Origin: an uncultured Verrucomicrobiae bacterium
Lineage (GTDB): Bacteria > Verrucomicrobiota > Verrucomicrobiia > Limisphaerales > Palsa-1400
DNA length: 64,000 nt
Direction: 5' to 3'
Assembly (NCBI GenBank): GCA_963707025.1
Contig: CAVPOM010000008.1
Coordinates: 1-64,000, forward strand
Numbering within the stretch: the stretch's first letter is position 1; each line of letters opens with the position of its first letter. The translations under genes and the position numbers were made by a program. Below are positions 28,370-38,361 of the stretch, one piece after another. The notes below the pieces were generated by a model. The model made no database searches, was not told where the DNA came from, and saw only the letters and a program-made list of their open reading frames with translations.

Positions 28370-29346
28370 CAGGAAAGCACATGGGGTCCCGGGCGGTGGT
28401 GATCGTCTGCCGCGACGAGGATGCCGCGCGCAAAAACTTCGGTGTGACCGGGGAGGGCATCGGCATTTGCCACACGCGCACCGGACGGAGGTTTTTTGAC
28501 AGCGCCGCCGTGGAAGCGGAATTCCTTGCGCACGTTCACGCCGCCGTCACGGCCGCCGGGTTTTGGGAAGAGTTCAAGACCGATTGGCTTTGCCTTGATT
28601 GCGAACTCATGCCGTGGTCGGCCAAAGCGCAGGAGCTGTTGAAGCAGCAATATGCCGCGGTTGGAGCATCCGGGCGGGCCACTCTGGCGGACGAAATTGC
28701 CGTGCTCCAGCAGGCTGCGGCGCGCGGCCTCGACGTGAGCGAATTGCTGGCGCGGACGACAACGCGCCGCCAAATGATGAACGATTATATTGCGGCATAC
28801 CGGCGGTATTGCTGGCCTGTGAACTCCGTGGCCGACCTGAAGCTCGCGCCGTTTCATTTGCTGGCCACGGAAGGGAAGGTCCATGTGGACCAGCCACACG
28901 ACTGGCACATGCAGACTTTGGCGCGTTTGGCGGGTGGCATCATCGTCGCCACCCCCTTCCGTATCATTGACGTGACCACTCCTGAGAGCGAAGCCGAAGG
29001 CGTCCAGTGGTGGGAGGTACTGACTGGACGCGGCGGCGAGGGCATGGTTGTGAAACCGCTGGAATTCATTGCCAAAAATCGGCGGGGGTTGGTTCAGCCA
29101 GCCGTGAAATGCCGTGGTCGCGAATATCTGCGCATCATCTACGGCCCGGAATACACGGCAGCAGAAAATCTCGAACGCCTTCGTGCGCGCGGGCTTTCCA
29201 CCAAACGCTCGCTGGCGCTTCGTGAATTTGCCCTCGGAATCGAAGCCCTTGAACGATTCGTGCGCAAAGAGCCGTTGCGCCGCGTGCATGAAGCCGTTTT
29301 CGGCGTGCTGGCACTGGAAAGCGAGCCGGTTAACCCGCGGCTCTAA
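28370..29346 (+). pseudogene. C-terminal ligase domain of bacterial Pnkp (5'-truncated)
   Basis: KHMGSRAVV, DCELMPWS, GGEGMVVKP, KCRGREYLRIIYG, ALESEPVNPRL; kinase and phosphatase domains absent. Confidence 0.85.
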
Positions 29347-29636
29347 TCGTCGCTCCGCTTGGGGTTGTTTCGCCATGAAAACACACCAAGGAAAACGGAA
29401 ATCGAATGTTGACTTTATGATGGTTGAGTGCCTCTTATTCCAAGGAGAAAAGTGTTTGGAGCAAACTAGGGCAGTGGAAAATTGCATTCCGCTGGCGGGA
29501 GTGCAAGTGCGGAGCTTGCGCCTTAATTGGGAGCACTTTTGGCAAATTGGATTCGCGTGAACCGCCGCAGGTTTTGGGTAGTCCGACGTGACAGGCCAAT
29601 GACCCGAGTCGCGCAAAATTCTGAGGATTACTTTGC

Positions 29637-30497
29637 TTGAGCAACCTAACACACATCGAGAGGCAAAAGTTGGAACGAGAGCTTCGCATGACAGGAGGCT
29701 ACGTGCTCAATTTTTCGAATCGCACTTTTGAAGAGTTTTTTCGAGAGATAGTAGGGGTCCAGATTTATGACTCACGTTACGACCACGGCTCAGGGTCGAA
29801 GGCAAACCGGATTAGGGCATTTTGGGATGTCGCCACGGAGAAGCAAATTCGTTCATTTCTCTGTGGACTCCTTGAAGGGTGGTCTATTTATTCGGACTCT
29901 CCTATATCCAATTCCGCCCAGGCGCTTTGCCAACAGATTTTGCAAAGGCTGGGCGGTGGTCCTTCTCCTGCTGAGCCGCACCAAAGCCGTAAAGCCTCCC
30001 CTCACATCGGGGAGGACACATGTCAGAAACTCCAATCTCAATTAATAGCGATCAGCGGTCTACCGCCTCAGAAGCGGGGACTCGAATTCGAGAAATTTCT
30101 CCAAGACTTGTTTGATGCCCAGGGTCTTTCCAGCCGTGCATCTTTTCGCCTCACAGGAGAGCAAATTGATGGCAGCTTTGTGATGCATGACGAGACATAT
30201 TTACTAGAGGCCAAGTGGCAGAACTCTCTAATTGGGGCACAAGACCTTCACACGTTTCAGGGGAAACTCGGAGAGAAGGCCTCATGGTCCAGAGGTCTGT
30301 TTGTCAGCATTAGCGGATTCTCCGAAGAAGGACTCCTGGCATTTGGGAGAGGCAAGAGCCTTATATGCATGGATGGTTTCGATTTATCGGAAATGCTACG
30401 CCGAAGATTGTCTATTGTTGATGTCCTTGCGGCGAAGGTGAGACGAGCGGCGGAGACAGGAAGCCCTTTTATGCGTGTGCGAGACCTTATACCATGA
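29637..30497 (+). CDS. Restriction endonuclease-like protein (Abi-associated N-terminal domain + Mrr-like PD-(D/E)xK)
   Basis: GGYVLNFSNRTF...SKANR; RGLEFE...EQIDG...LLEAKW. Confidence 0.85.
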   Translation: MSNLTHIERQKLERELRMTGGYVLNFSNRTFEEFFREIVGVQIYDSRYDHGSGSKANRIRAFWDVATEKQIRSFLCGLLEGWSIYSDSPISNSAQALCQQILQRLGGGPSPAEPHQSRKASPHIGEDTCQKLQSQLIAISGLPPQKRGLEFEKFLQDLFDAQGLSSRASFRLTGEQIDGSFVMHDETYLLEAKWQNSLIGAQDLHTFQGKLGEKASWSRGLFVSISGFSEEGLLAFGRGKSLICMDGFDLSEMLRRRLSIVDVLAAKVRRAAETGSPFMRVRDLIP

Positions 30498-30571
30498 TGA
30501 CATTCTGGAGCTATTGGCACGCGGTCGCGGATCTGGATAGTCGTGCCCAGCAGAAAACTTGGCTTTGAGAT

Positions 30572-31390
30572 ATGCCGTTTCCGAGCGACATAAAGGCAGA
30601 TGTTTTGGTAGCGTGCGGTAGGTGCTGCAGCATTTGTCACAGCTTTTGTGGGATGAAGATCGAGGTGCATCACATTCGCGAGGAGTCTGAAGGGGGTGAC
30701 GACACTTTCGACAATGCGATCGCCCTTTGTTTTGACTGTCATGGAGACATGCGTTCCTATGACCATAAGCATCCAAAGGGCAACAAGTATTCAGAGTCGG
30801 AACTGAAACGTCATAGAGATAACTGGTATGAGAAGATCAAGGGGAATATCGGTGTTGCGGACCGTCCAACGGTAGTCGCAACCGATAAAAATGTTTACGA
30901 GGTTCTGGTCTCGGTCCTTCCATGGGACGGAAGCATGAGCTTCGTAAGGCACAACAATTTCGCGGGGTTCTCGTTCGAGTTGGCGCGATTGAATAATCTT
31001 TACGAGTTTGAGCACCGTTGCGAGGATCCTGCCTTCGAATTCATTGACCCCGATCTGGAGGCTCTTCGGGCAAAGCTGTCGGAGTCCATTGATGAATTCA
31101 CGTCAATTATCGGCATTGAGACCTTCCCCACGCATCAACTGGGGTGGAATTCCGTTCCCGAGGGATGGGAGGTCGAGCAACCTGAGCGATTCCGCGATGT
31201 GGTTTCGAAGCTGCATGGAACGGCGGAGCGAGTGGTTGACACATATGACACTCTCGTGAGAACTGCGACCCGAAAGCTTGGCATACTTCCGCCGCAAATG
31301 GCGCGGCAAGCGGCTGTAGTCAACACCCGACCGGCTTCAGGATTGCCGATGTCATCCCTAAAGTCAGCGACAGATTCGAACGTCCAATGA
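30572..31390 (+). CDS. HNH endonuclease
   Basis: CSICH...EVHHI...DNAIALCFDCH. Confidence 0.88.
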   Translation: MPFPSDIKADVLVACGRCCSICHSFCGMKIEVHHIREESEGGDDTFDNAIALCFDCHGDMRSYDHKHPKGNKYSESELKRHRDNWYEKIKGNIGVADRPTVVATDKNVYEVLVSVLPWDGSMSFVRHNNFAGFSFELARLNNLYEFEHRCEDPAFEFIDPDLEALRAKLSESIDEFTSIIGIETFPTHQLGWNSVPEGWEVEQPERFRDVVSKLHGTAERVVDTYDTLVRTATRKLGILPPQMARQAAVVNTRPASGLPMSSLKSATDSNVQ

Positions 31391-32148
31391 ACGATTTTAA
31401 GTTTTCACGCCAAGTTCGCGACCAACTGAAACACTACGTTTATCGGTTGATTGACCCACGCAATGGAGAGACTTTTTACGTCGGAATGGGGAAAGGAAAT
31501 CGCGTTTTCAAGCACGTCAAGGACGAACTCGGGGCGGAGGCTGACGAATTGACGGACAAACTCGAACGGATTCGGCAAATTCGCACGGCACGCTTCGAGG
31601 TGTCGCATGTAATTCACAGGCATGGCATGGATAAAGAAACAGCCGAGCACGTTGAGGCAGCGCTGATAGAAGCCTACCCGGGAATCTTGAATGAGATTAA
31701 CGGCCACGGCTCGGCTGGAGTTGCAGGGCTAGGGGTAATGCACGCCGACCAGATTATTGTGCGATATGGAGCCCCTCAAGCGGTATTCAAGCCAAAAGAC
31801 AAAGTCATGCTGATTTGTGTCAATCAGTCCATTGAAGAACGCCCCTCTCCCTACGACGCGGTCCGTTACACTTGGAAGGTTGACCCGGGCCGAGCCAAAA
31901 AAGCAGAAATCGTCCTAGCTGTCTTACACGGGTTGATCATTGGAGCTTTCGTTCCGAAGAAATGGCTTCCAACTACTCTCGAAAACATCAACTATTTTCC
32001 GGGTATTACACCGAAAGCGAAGAACCGGTGGGGCTTTATCGGGGACTCCGCACATGGCCAAATCGGCAAGAAATACGTCAACCATCGCGTGCCTGACGAA
32101 TTTAGGAAACGCGGAGCCGCCAATCCCATAAAATATACCTACAAGTAG
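31387..32148 (+). CDS. LEM-3-like GIY-YIG nuclease
   Basis: YVYRLIDPRNGETFYVGMGKGNRVFKH...EAALI...N...GH. Confidence 0.88.
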   Translation: MNDFKFSRQVRDQLKHYVYRLIDPRNGETFYVGMGKGNRVFKHVKDELGAEADELTDKLERIRQIRTARFEVSHVIHRHGMDKETAEHVEAALIEAYPGILNEINGHGSAGVAGLGVMHADQIIVRYGAPQAVFKPKDKVMLICVNQSIEERPSPYDAVRYTWKVDPGRAKKAEIVLAVLHGLIIGAFVPKKWLPTTLENINYFPGITPKAKNRWGFIGDSAHGQIGKKYVNHRVPDEFRKRGAANPIKYTYK

Positions 32149-32164
32149 ATTCCAAAAGGCCAGG

Positions 32165-33457
32165 ATGCTGTTCTACAAATATCAACGGCCGGATAATTTG
32201 GCGTTTAGCATGCTCCGCAAGGGCGAAGTCTACTTCGCTTCCGTGGGTGAGCTGAACGATGCGAGCGAGTGCCGGCCGAGATTTATTTTCAAGGGTAGCG
32301 AAGAGCTCTGGCAACGCTTGACCCACTACATTCTTCTGGAGGCATGCTGCTCCTCAGACTATTTGCAGCCCGACAGATTAGACGCGGTAAAACCGATTCT
32401 GAATCTCAGCGATCACATTGGTAGCAGTTTAAAGAAAGCGGCAGGCAACCGGGATCTGGGATTTGAAAGCTTCAGCAAAGTGTTTCGAGACGCGCTGGAA
32501 CACCATTTGCCGAGCGAGATTCCACATATTAACCGCGGTTTCTATCTCCATCTGGTTCAGACGTTCATCGAACAAGATCTGCCAAGAGTGATCGCCGATG
32601 ACAAGTATATTGCCTCCTTTTCGCGGAACGCTACGAATCCCACGATGTGGGGGCATTACGCCGACGCCGAGCGAGGATTCGTGATCGTGTATGAAACAAC
32701 GAATGGCTACATTCACGTTCACTCGCCCATTAATCTGCTGCACGGACACAGGCCATCAAAGCATTTTGAAGGAGTCACGGAAATTGGGATATACAGGGAC
32801 GAGCATCTGGAATTGAAAGAAGTCAGGTATGGCAAACGACCACCGAAGGCAAACGCCTTCCATCGTTTGATACACAAATTCCCCTATTCCGAGATGGAAG
32901 ATCATTACGACGTGCCGCTTAATCTCGCTGGCGACGCGGAATCGAAAGAAGAAGAGCTTGTTGGTTTAGTGAAGTATTCCGATTGGCGCTACGAGAAAGA
33001 GGTCAGGGCGTTCTTCCCGGCCTTCGATACAATCCTTCCGGATGCTCGCGTTCTCCAAATCGGACTGCCCAATCTGAAAGGTGTGATTTTTGGACCTCGA
33101 ATGTCGTTTGAAAACAAGGCGCGGACCGTTCTGTGCTGCCATCTGCTGGTCGAATCTCGCAACCAACTGTCGGAGACCCGCGGAGAGTTCCAGTTTTTCC
33201 AAGCCCGGCAGTCGTTTGATCGCTTTGATTTTCAGATGTTGCCGGTGGGAATTCTCGATGAGCACTATTTTGCTCGTCACCTACCAGTGAAGCCGATGGA
33301 GAAATTGGATGGGGAGACTCTGGAGAGGCTACGAGCGGTGGCAGCATCAATTGCTGCCTCTAGTTCGACGAGGGCTTACACCGCGAAAATTGACAAACAA
33401 GACCCTGCACCCAATAGCGGCCCACCCTCTCTATCGCCGACGTTGCAGGAAATTTAG
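32165..33457 (+). CDS. DUF2971 domain protein
   Basis: LND..EC, SFS....NPTMWGHYAD..RGF, KYSDWRYEKEVR. Confidence 0.85.
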   Translation: MLFYKYQRPDNLAFSMLRKGEVYFASVGELNDASECRPRFIFKGSEELWQRLTHYILLEACCSSDYLQPDRLDAVKPILNLSDHIGSSLKKAAGNRDLGFESFSKVFRDALEHHLPSEIPHINRGFYLHLVQTFIEQDLPRVIADDKYIASFSRNATNPTMWGHYADAERGFVIVYETTNGYIHVHSPINLLHGHRPSKHFEGVTEIGIYRDEHLELKEVRYGKRPPKANAFHRLIHKFPYSEMEDHYDVPLNLAGDAESKEEELVGLVKYSDWRYEKEVRAFFPAFDTILPDARVLQIGLPNLKGVIFGPRMSFENKARTVLCCHLLVESRNQLSETRGEFQFFQARQSFDRFDFQMLPVGILDEHYFARHLPVKPMEKLDGETLERLRAVAASIAASSSTRAYTAKIDKQDPAPNSGPPSLSPTLQEI

Positions 33458-33524
33458 TCGCTCGATTCACAGCGGAGGTCACCTTCGGCGGCAGTCGCAG
33501 GCGGCGGAGCTGAGTTCGTTAGGC
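33392..33524 (+). other. attC-like site
   Basis: Imperfect R'' GACAAAC with CCCTGCACCCAA; ends GAGCTGAGTTC-GTTAGGC (R'), 14 bp before the next ATG. Confidence 0.6.
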
Positions 33525-33538
33525 CACTCGACCTCACC

Positions 33539-33850
33539 ATGAAATATCAGCTTGTCCTTCAGTTCCGTGGCGATTCACTCGCCGATTACGACGCGATGAT
33601 TGCCTTAGAAGACCGGCTGATTGATGATTTGGGGCATTCAGCCAAGGTTGATGGGCATGATTGCGGCTCAGGCGAGACGAACATTTTTATTCACACTTTC
33701 GACCCGGCTGCTACTTTTTTGAGAGTGCGGCATACTTTGGAGCGAGAGGGCCGCTTGGAAACGGTCAGAGCAGCTTACCGTGATGTTCAGGGCGAGAATT
33801 TTACGGTGCTTTGGCCGGAAGGTTCGCGAGAAGATTTTAGAGTAATATGA
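33539..33850 (+). CDS. Hypothetical cassette protein
   Basis: MKYQLVLQF...VDGHDCGSGETNIFI; starts just after the attC-like site. Confidence 0.75.
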   Translation: MKYQLVLQFRGDSLADYDAMIALEDRLIDDLGHSAKVDGHDCGSGETNIFIHTFDPAATFLRVRHTLEREGRLETVRAAYRDVQGENFTVLWPEGSREDFRVI

Positions 33851-33857
33851 GACACGA

Positions 33858-34373
33858 ATGGCGCTCATGAAAGCCGGAACTAATCGACGAGACGCTGCCG
33901 CTGTAGGTAAAAAAGCCGGGACCTACTTGGCGCTAGGAGCCGCTTTGCTCGGGATGATGAGCGTTGTGTGGGTTGCGCAGGGAGACCGTTCGGAAAATTG
34001 GCCCGTTCGCGCTTGGGTTCTCTTTTGGGCCCTAATTGCGGCGGGACTGCTCAGTATAGTCGCAGGCATTCTGGCTACGGGGACCACGCTCGAGGAGCGG
34101 TTGCGCGCTCTGCCTAAAACCGGACTGAAGATGCTGCTCGGCCTCGGCGCCCTGGCGATATTGTTTGGATGGGTGAAAGTTATCCATTTCATTTTCCCCT
34201 CGCTTGATGCGGCTGGCCTCAAGTTCGTGGTAAAGCTTTCCGTGGCGGTTGTCCCAATCTTGCTGGTCATTGGGGCAATATTGGTTTTCAAAGTGCGGTC
34301 AAAAAAAGTTAAGAAGAGAATAGACCGGGCAATGAGGAATGCTTGTGATAGCAAAGAAACAACTCGGGGATAG
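33858..34373 (+). CDS. Four-TM membrane protein
   Basis: Four hydrophobic segments, followed by attC. Confidence 0.65.
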   Translation: MALMKAGTNRRDAAAVGKKAGTYLALGAALLGMMSVVWVAQGDRSENWPVRAWVLFWALIAAGLLSIVAGILATGTTLEERLRALPKTGLKMLLGLGALAILFGWVKVIHFIFPSLDAAGLKFVVKLSVAVVPILLVIGAILVFKVRSKKVKKRIDRAMRNACDSKETTRG

Positions 34374-34385
34374 AGCGATAGGCTG

Positions 34386-34481
34386 CGCTAACTCTTCGCG
34401 GGAGCAAATGGCTGGCCCGGAGTGGTCTTGGCTATTCGGAAATCGCGAAAGGGCCAGCCATCGCCCACCTCCACGTTAGCC
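34386..34481 (+). other. attC site
   Basis: CGCTAAC...GTTAGCC ends; internal stem ATGGCTGGCCC / GGGCCAGCCAT; 7 bp before the next ATG. Confidence 0.72.
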
Positions 34482-34488
34482 GCGCGAC

Positions 34489-35124
34489 ATGATCCACGCA
34501 CTTCCAGGAATGGGCGCTGATCGGCGCATGTATCCGTCACCTTGGGGGACGCTTCCTGATTTCATGGCACATGATTGGGTCCGGCACCACGGCGAGAAGT
34601 GCCTGGCCGAGGTCGCTCAGTCCATGTGCATCGCTCGAGGCATCCAGGATGGCGACATCCTCATCGGCTCCTCCTTGGGCGGCATGGTTGCATGCGAGAT
34701 CACGAAAATCCGCAGAATCCCCAGGCTGTATCTGGTGGGAAGTGCGACCAGAAAAGAGGAGGTGAGCCGCCTCTTGGCCGCCCTTCATCCCCTTGCGCGA
34801 GTGGCGCCGCTGGATTGGCTGCGTCTCTCGGCTGGTAGTATTCCAATCGAGCTTGCCCAGATGTTCACGACGATTGAGGCCTCGTTTGTGCGGGCGATGT
34901 GCTCGGCGATCTTTGAGTGGGAGGGATTGGGGACTCCAGCTACGCGAGTGTTTCGGATCCATGGGCGGCGCGACCTTTTGATTCCCCCACCTGAGGAAGT
35001 GCATTTACTGCTCGATGGCGGGCACTTAATCTCAGTTTCGCACGCCAAAGATTGCGCGGAGTTTATCGGGGCAAACGAGAGCAAGCAGCGGACTGGAGGC
35101 AGCCGTTCCGCTCGGACCGTGTGA
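34489..35124 (+). CDS. Alpha/beta hydrolase
   Basis: LPGMGAD, GSSLGG nucleophile elbow, IHG..D, GGH. Confidence 0.85.
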   Translation: MIHALPGMGADRRMYPSPWGTLPDFMAHDWVRHHGEKCLAEVAQSMCIARGIQDGDILIGSSLGGMVACEITKIRRIPRLYLVGSATRKEEVSRLLAALHPLARVAPLDWLRLSAGSIPIELAQMFTTIEASFVRAMCSAIFEWEGLGTPATRVFRIHGRRDLLIPPPEEVHLLLDGGHLISVSHAKDCAEFIGANESKQRTGGSRSARTV

Positions 35125-35130
35125 GTCAGA

Positions 35131-35748
35131 TCAGAGAGTCACGCCGGGGCTTTTTTCGTAGGCTGCGCCCATGTGACAAAGTTCATCGAGCGTTTCGGAA
35201 AACAGGTCATACAATAGTTTCAGCCGGTCCACATCCTTGATGACGCCGGTCACTCGGAAATACAATTCGTCCACGTCCGACGGGAAGTTCCGCCCACCCC
35301 AGAACCGGTCCTCGTCATCCTTCACGCAAAAATGGATCGTCGGCTGGGCGCTGATGAGCTCGCGCAGCTTGGCATCGGCAAAGAGGCGTCTCACCTTGGC
35401 CTCGTCATTCCCCTTGATGATGAAGTCCTCGTCGAATTGCGGATCGCCCACCTCCACGTCCTGCATCCCCAGCCATTTGCCGATGTCGCTGAAAATGCCG
35501 CGCCGATAGATGGTGAACTGAAATCCTTCCGGGTTGACATAGGGCGCGCGCATCCGGGTGTAGGTGACGGAGGATTTGCCGGTGGAGACGGTATAAGTGT
35601 CCAGCGTGATGATCCACTGGCCATGCGCGGCCTCCACCTTGCTGCGGCCCCAAAAACCGCCTTCGGTCATATTGCCACCGACGGCAGCGGCGAATTGCTG
35701 CCAGATTTCGTCGCGGCTGGGACCAAATAAATCGCGGAGAATGCTCAT
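35131..35748 (-). CDS. DUF3137-like conserved protein
   Basis: 205-aa ATG ORF; GMQDVEVGDPQFDEDFIIKG. Confidence 0.7.
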   Translation of the reverse strand: MSILRDLFGPSRDEIWQQFAAAVGGNMTEGGFWGRSKVEAAHGQWIITLDTYTVSTGKSSVTYTRMRAPYVNPEGFQFTIYRRGIFSDIGKWLGMQDVEVGDPQFDEDFIIKGNDEAKVRRLFADAKLRELISAQPTIHFCVKDDEDRFWGGRNFPSDVDELYFRVTGVIKDVDRLKLLYDLFSETLDELCHMGAAYEKSPGVTL

Positions 35749-36526
35749 CTGTTGGAGGCGACTTTAGGTCTGATGTTCCCAGCCGTCCATTATAAATGGG
35801 AAGGCGAATTGGAATCCAAAGGGGTGATGACATCCATCGGACTGCCGGTTGTTCGCGTCGAGGAACGGAACAACGGCACACACTGACCCACTAACAGCCC
35901 GTTAAACCAAACTGCCGAGCCGCTTGGTTAGAGGGGATATCCTTGCCCAGCGGGCCGTTCAGCACATTGACGATCTCTTCTCGGAATGGCACATTCACGG
36001 CAATGGACCCCAATCCGACAATCGAGCAGTTCATTTTCAATTTCATTCAGGAGCGGACCGCGGCTTTGAAAATGGTGTTGGAAAGTCGCCAGGCTTACCG
36101 GCGGTGTTTTTACGATAGCGAATGTCTTTGGGACAGCCGCCGCGGGGGTGTCGAGCTGAGTGAAGGGGAAAAGATTGTCACCGTATCGCCGTTGGAAGTG
36201 GGGTTTGTGGTCTTGACGAGCGGGTCCCACCCCAACCATCGGTCACGTTACCATGTGAGGCCGTCCGGTGATAGTTGGCTGATTGACGAAGTTGATACGG
36301 AATGTCTTCACTGCCGTTTGTCTGGCACATCGTTTGCATGTCCTGAATGCGGCGGGATGGGATGGAGAAAGTGGAAAGATCGGTCGGAACTCCAATAGCA
36401 ACGCACTGTGCCCCCAGCGAGACACGCCGTAATTGAAGAATTGGAAGGAGGTTTGCATAGTGACCTGGCCGTCGAACGATTTATGACCGACCATTTTCGA
36501 GAGCGGACTGATGCACTAAAAAAAGA

Positions 36527-37977
36527 CACAGCCATCCCACAGGAAATTGGAAAAAAGTGTTGGCTTGACCATTTGAACCTGCCACAAGGCAGGCATGAAA
36601 AACAAAAAAATCAAACCGACACGGTCCCGGTTTAACGTTTTGCGCCAGATTTGCAATCTCATTCCTGCGCATGAAGTCTCCAAAATAGCGCGGGAGACCG
36701 GGGCTCTGGATAAGTCGCGCACCTTCAGTCCGTGGAGTCACACGGTCAGTTTGCTGGACGCGCAACTCACCCATTGCATCGGACTCAACGATCTGTGCGA
36801 CTCGCTGCAATTGCATTCCGGGCCGCTGTCCACTTTGCGCGGCGCCAGCGCCCCCAGCCGCAACGGCCTCTCCCACGCCAACCGGGAGCGTCCGGCCCAG
36901 ATGGCCGAACAACTCTTCTGGCGGGTCCTGGAGCATTTGAAAGCACAGACGCCCGGCTTTGCCGCGGGCCAGCGCCGTGGCCCCGCCTTCCGTTTCAAGA
37001 TGCCCATCCATGTGATTGATAGCACGACCATGGAACTGGTGGCCAACTGCCTGGACTGGGCCAAGCACCGCCCGCGCAAGGCCGCCGCCAAAACCCATAT
37101 GCGGTTGAATCTGCAGAATCTTTTGCCCGGTTTTGTCATTGTGGACACTGCCGCCGAGCACGACAACCGACGGGCGCGGGAACTGTGCGCCGACTTGAAG
37201 AGCGGCGAAATCGCCTTGTTCGACAAGGGTTATGTGGACTTCGGCCACTTGCGGGATTTGGACGGGCGCGGGGTCTTTTGGGTGACGCGGGCCAAGGAGA
37301 ACATGGGCTATGAGGTGGTGCGGAAAATGCCCGCCTCCAGAGACCCGAAGATTTTGCGCGACGAAGTGATCGTCCTGAGCAACGAGAACAAACCCGCGCC
37401 GGAGTTGATGCGCCGGGTGGTGGCGCTGGTCGAGATTGATGGAGAGGAACGGGAAATGACCTTCCTGACCAACAACCTGGAGTGGAGTCCGCGCAGCGTG
37501 GCCGACCTTTACCGCTGCCGCTGGCAGATCGAAGTCTTCTTCAAACAAATCAAGCAGACCTTGCAGTTGGCGGATTTTCTGGGCCACAACGCCAACGCCG
37601 TGCGCTGGCAGGTGTGGACGGCGCTGTTGACCTACGTGCTGTTGCGCTACCTCAGTCACCTCTCCAACTGGGCGCACAGCTTCACCCGGCTGTTCACGAT
37701 TTTGCGGGCGGCGCTCTGGGAGAAATATGATCTGCTCAATTTGCTGGCGTGCTATGGGACAGCAGGCGGCAGCTTTCGCCACTTGGCGCGGCCCGAGCAG
37801 GCGTATTTCCCCGGCTTCCAATAAAGCTATGGGACAGCACACGCGCCCAAACAGGCGCATACCAAACCCAAAAGCCAAACTCGGAAAAATCAAAATCTCA
37901 TTTTACCCCGAAGACCAATTAAACCCTTGCAAATGAACAGGTCAGCACCAGACTTTTCCCCTTATGAGACGGGTGTG
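36527..37977 (+). mobile_element. IS4 family element
   Basis: Imperfect IRs CACAGCCATCCCA / TGAGACGGGTGTG; 9-bp TSD AAAAAAAGA at 36518-36526 and 37978-37986. Confidence 0.9.
36595..37824 (+). CDS. IS4 family transposase (DUF4372 + DDE_Tnp_1)
   Basis: IDSTT, FDKGY, YRCRWQIEVFFK (YREK motif). Confidence 0.93.
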   Translation: MKNKKIKPTRSRFNVLRQICNLIPAHEVSKIARETGALDKSRTFSPWSHTVSLLDAQLTHCIGLNDLCDSLQLHSGPLSTLRGASAPSRNGLSHANRERPAQMAEQLFWRVLEHLKAQTPGFAAGQRRGPAFRFKMPIHVIDSTTMELVANCLDWAKHRPRKAAAKTHMRLNLQNLLPGFVIVDTAAEHDNRRARELCADLKSGEIALFDKGYVDFGHLRDLDGRGVFWVTRAKENMGYEVVRKMPASRDPKILRDEVIVLSNENKPAPELMRRVVALVEIDGEEREMTFLTNNLEWSPRSVADLYRCRWQIEVFFKQIKQTLQLADFLGHNANAVRWQVWTALLTYVLLRYLSHLSNWAHSFTRLFTILRAALWEKYDLLNLLACYGTAGGSFRHLARPEQAYFPGFQ

Positions 37978-38361
37978 AAAAAAAGAAATGGAAATTTTCG
38001 CTGACTACGCCAGGGGATTTTACAGTCCGGAATGCGATTGGACCCGATGGGTGGTGTCTGTCCAAGCAAGCGAAGCGGAGAGGATTGTGAACATTGCTCC
38101 TGGTGAAAAGAGGGCAAACGTCATCACAAACGGTTTCAGCCCAATGCTTTTGCGATACCATCTGCGGCGGGAAGGACAAGGTTGGCTAATATGCGATGTG
38201 GATACCGTGCCCTGTCTGCTATCAGAGGGGCAGAAGCGCCGATTGCTTTTGGTGTGGAGGAACAATATGGGAGCACAAGAAGACCCAGGGCGGGTTTACG
38301 CGTGGCAAACCGCCAGGGCAAGGACCTCCAGATGAAAACCCGCGGTTTCAGCCCTAAAAAT

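Larger units (their letters stand above)
36003..38300 (+). pseudogene. Tandem two-repeat protein (NTF2-like + CxxC/CxxCGG Zn ribbon), triply disrupted
   Basis: The two halves align (FY.SEC.W / RYH.R..G..WLI..VDT.C..C). In-frame TAG at 36396, IS4 at 36527, 2-bp deletion at about 38207. Confidence 0.7.
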
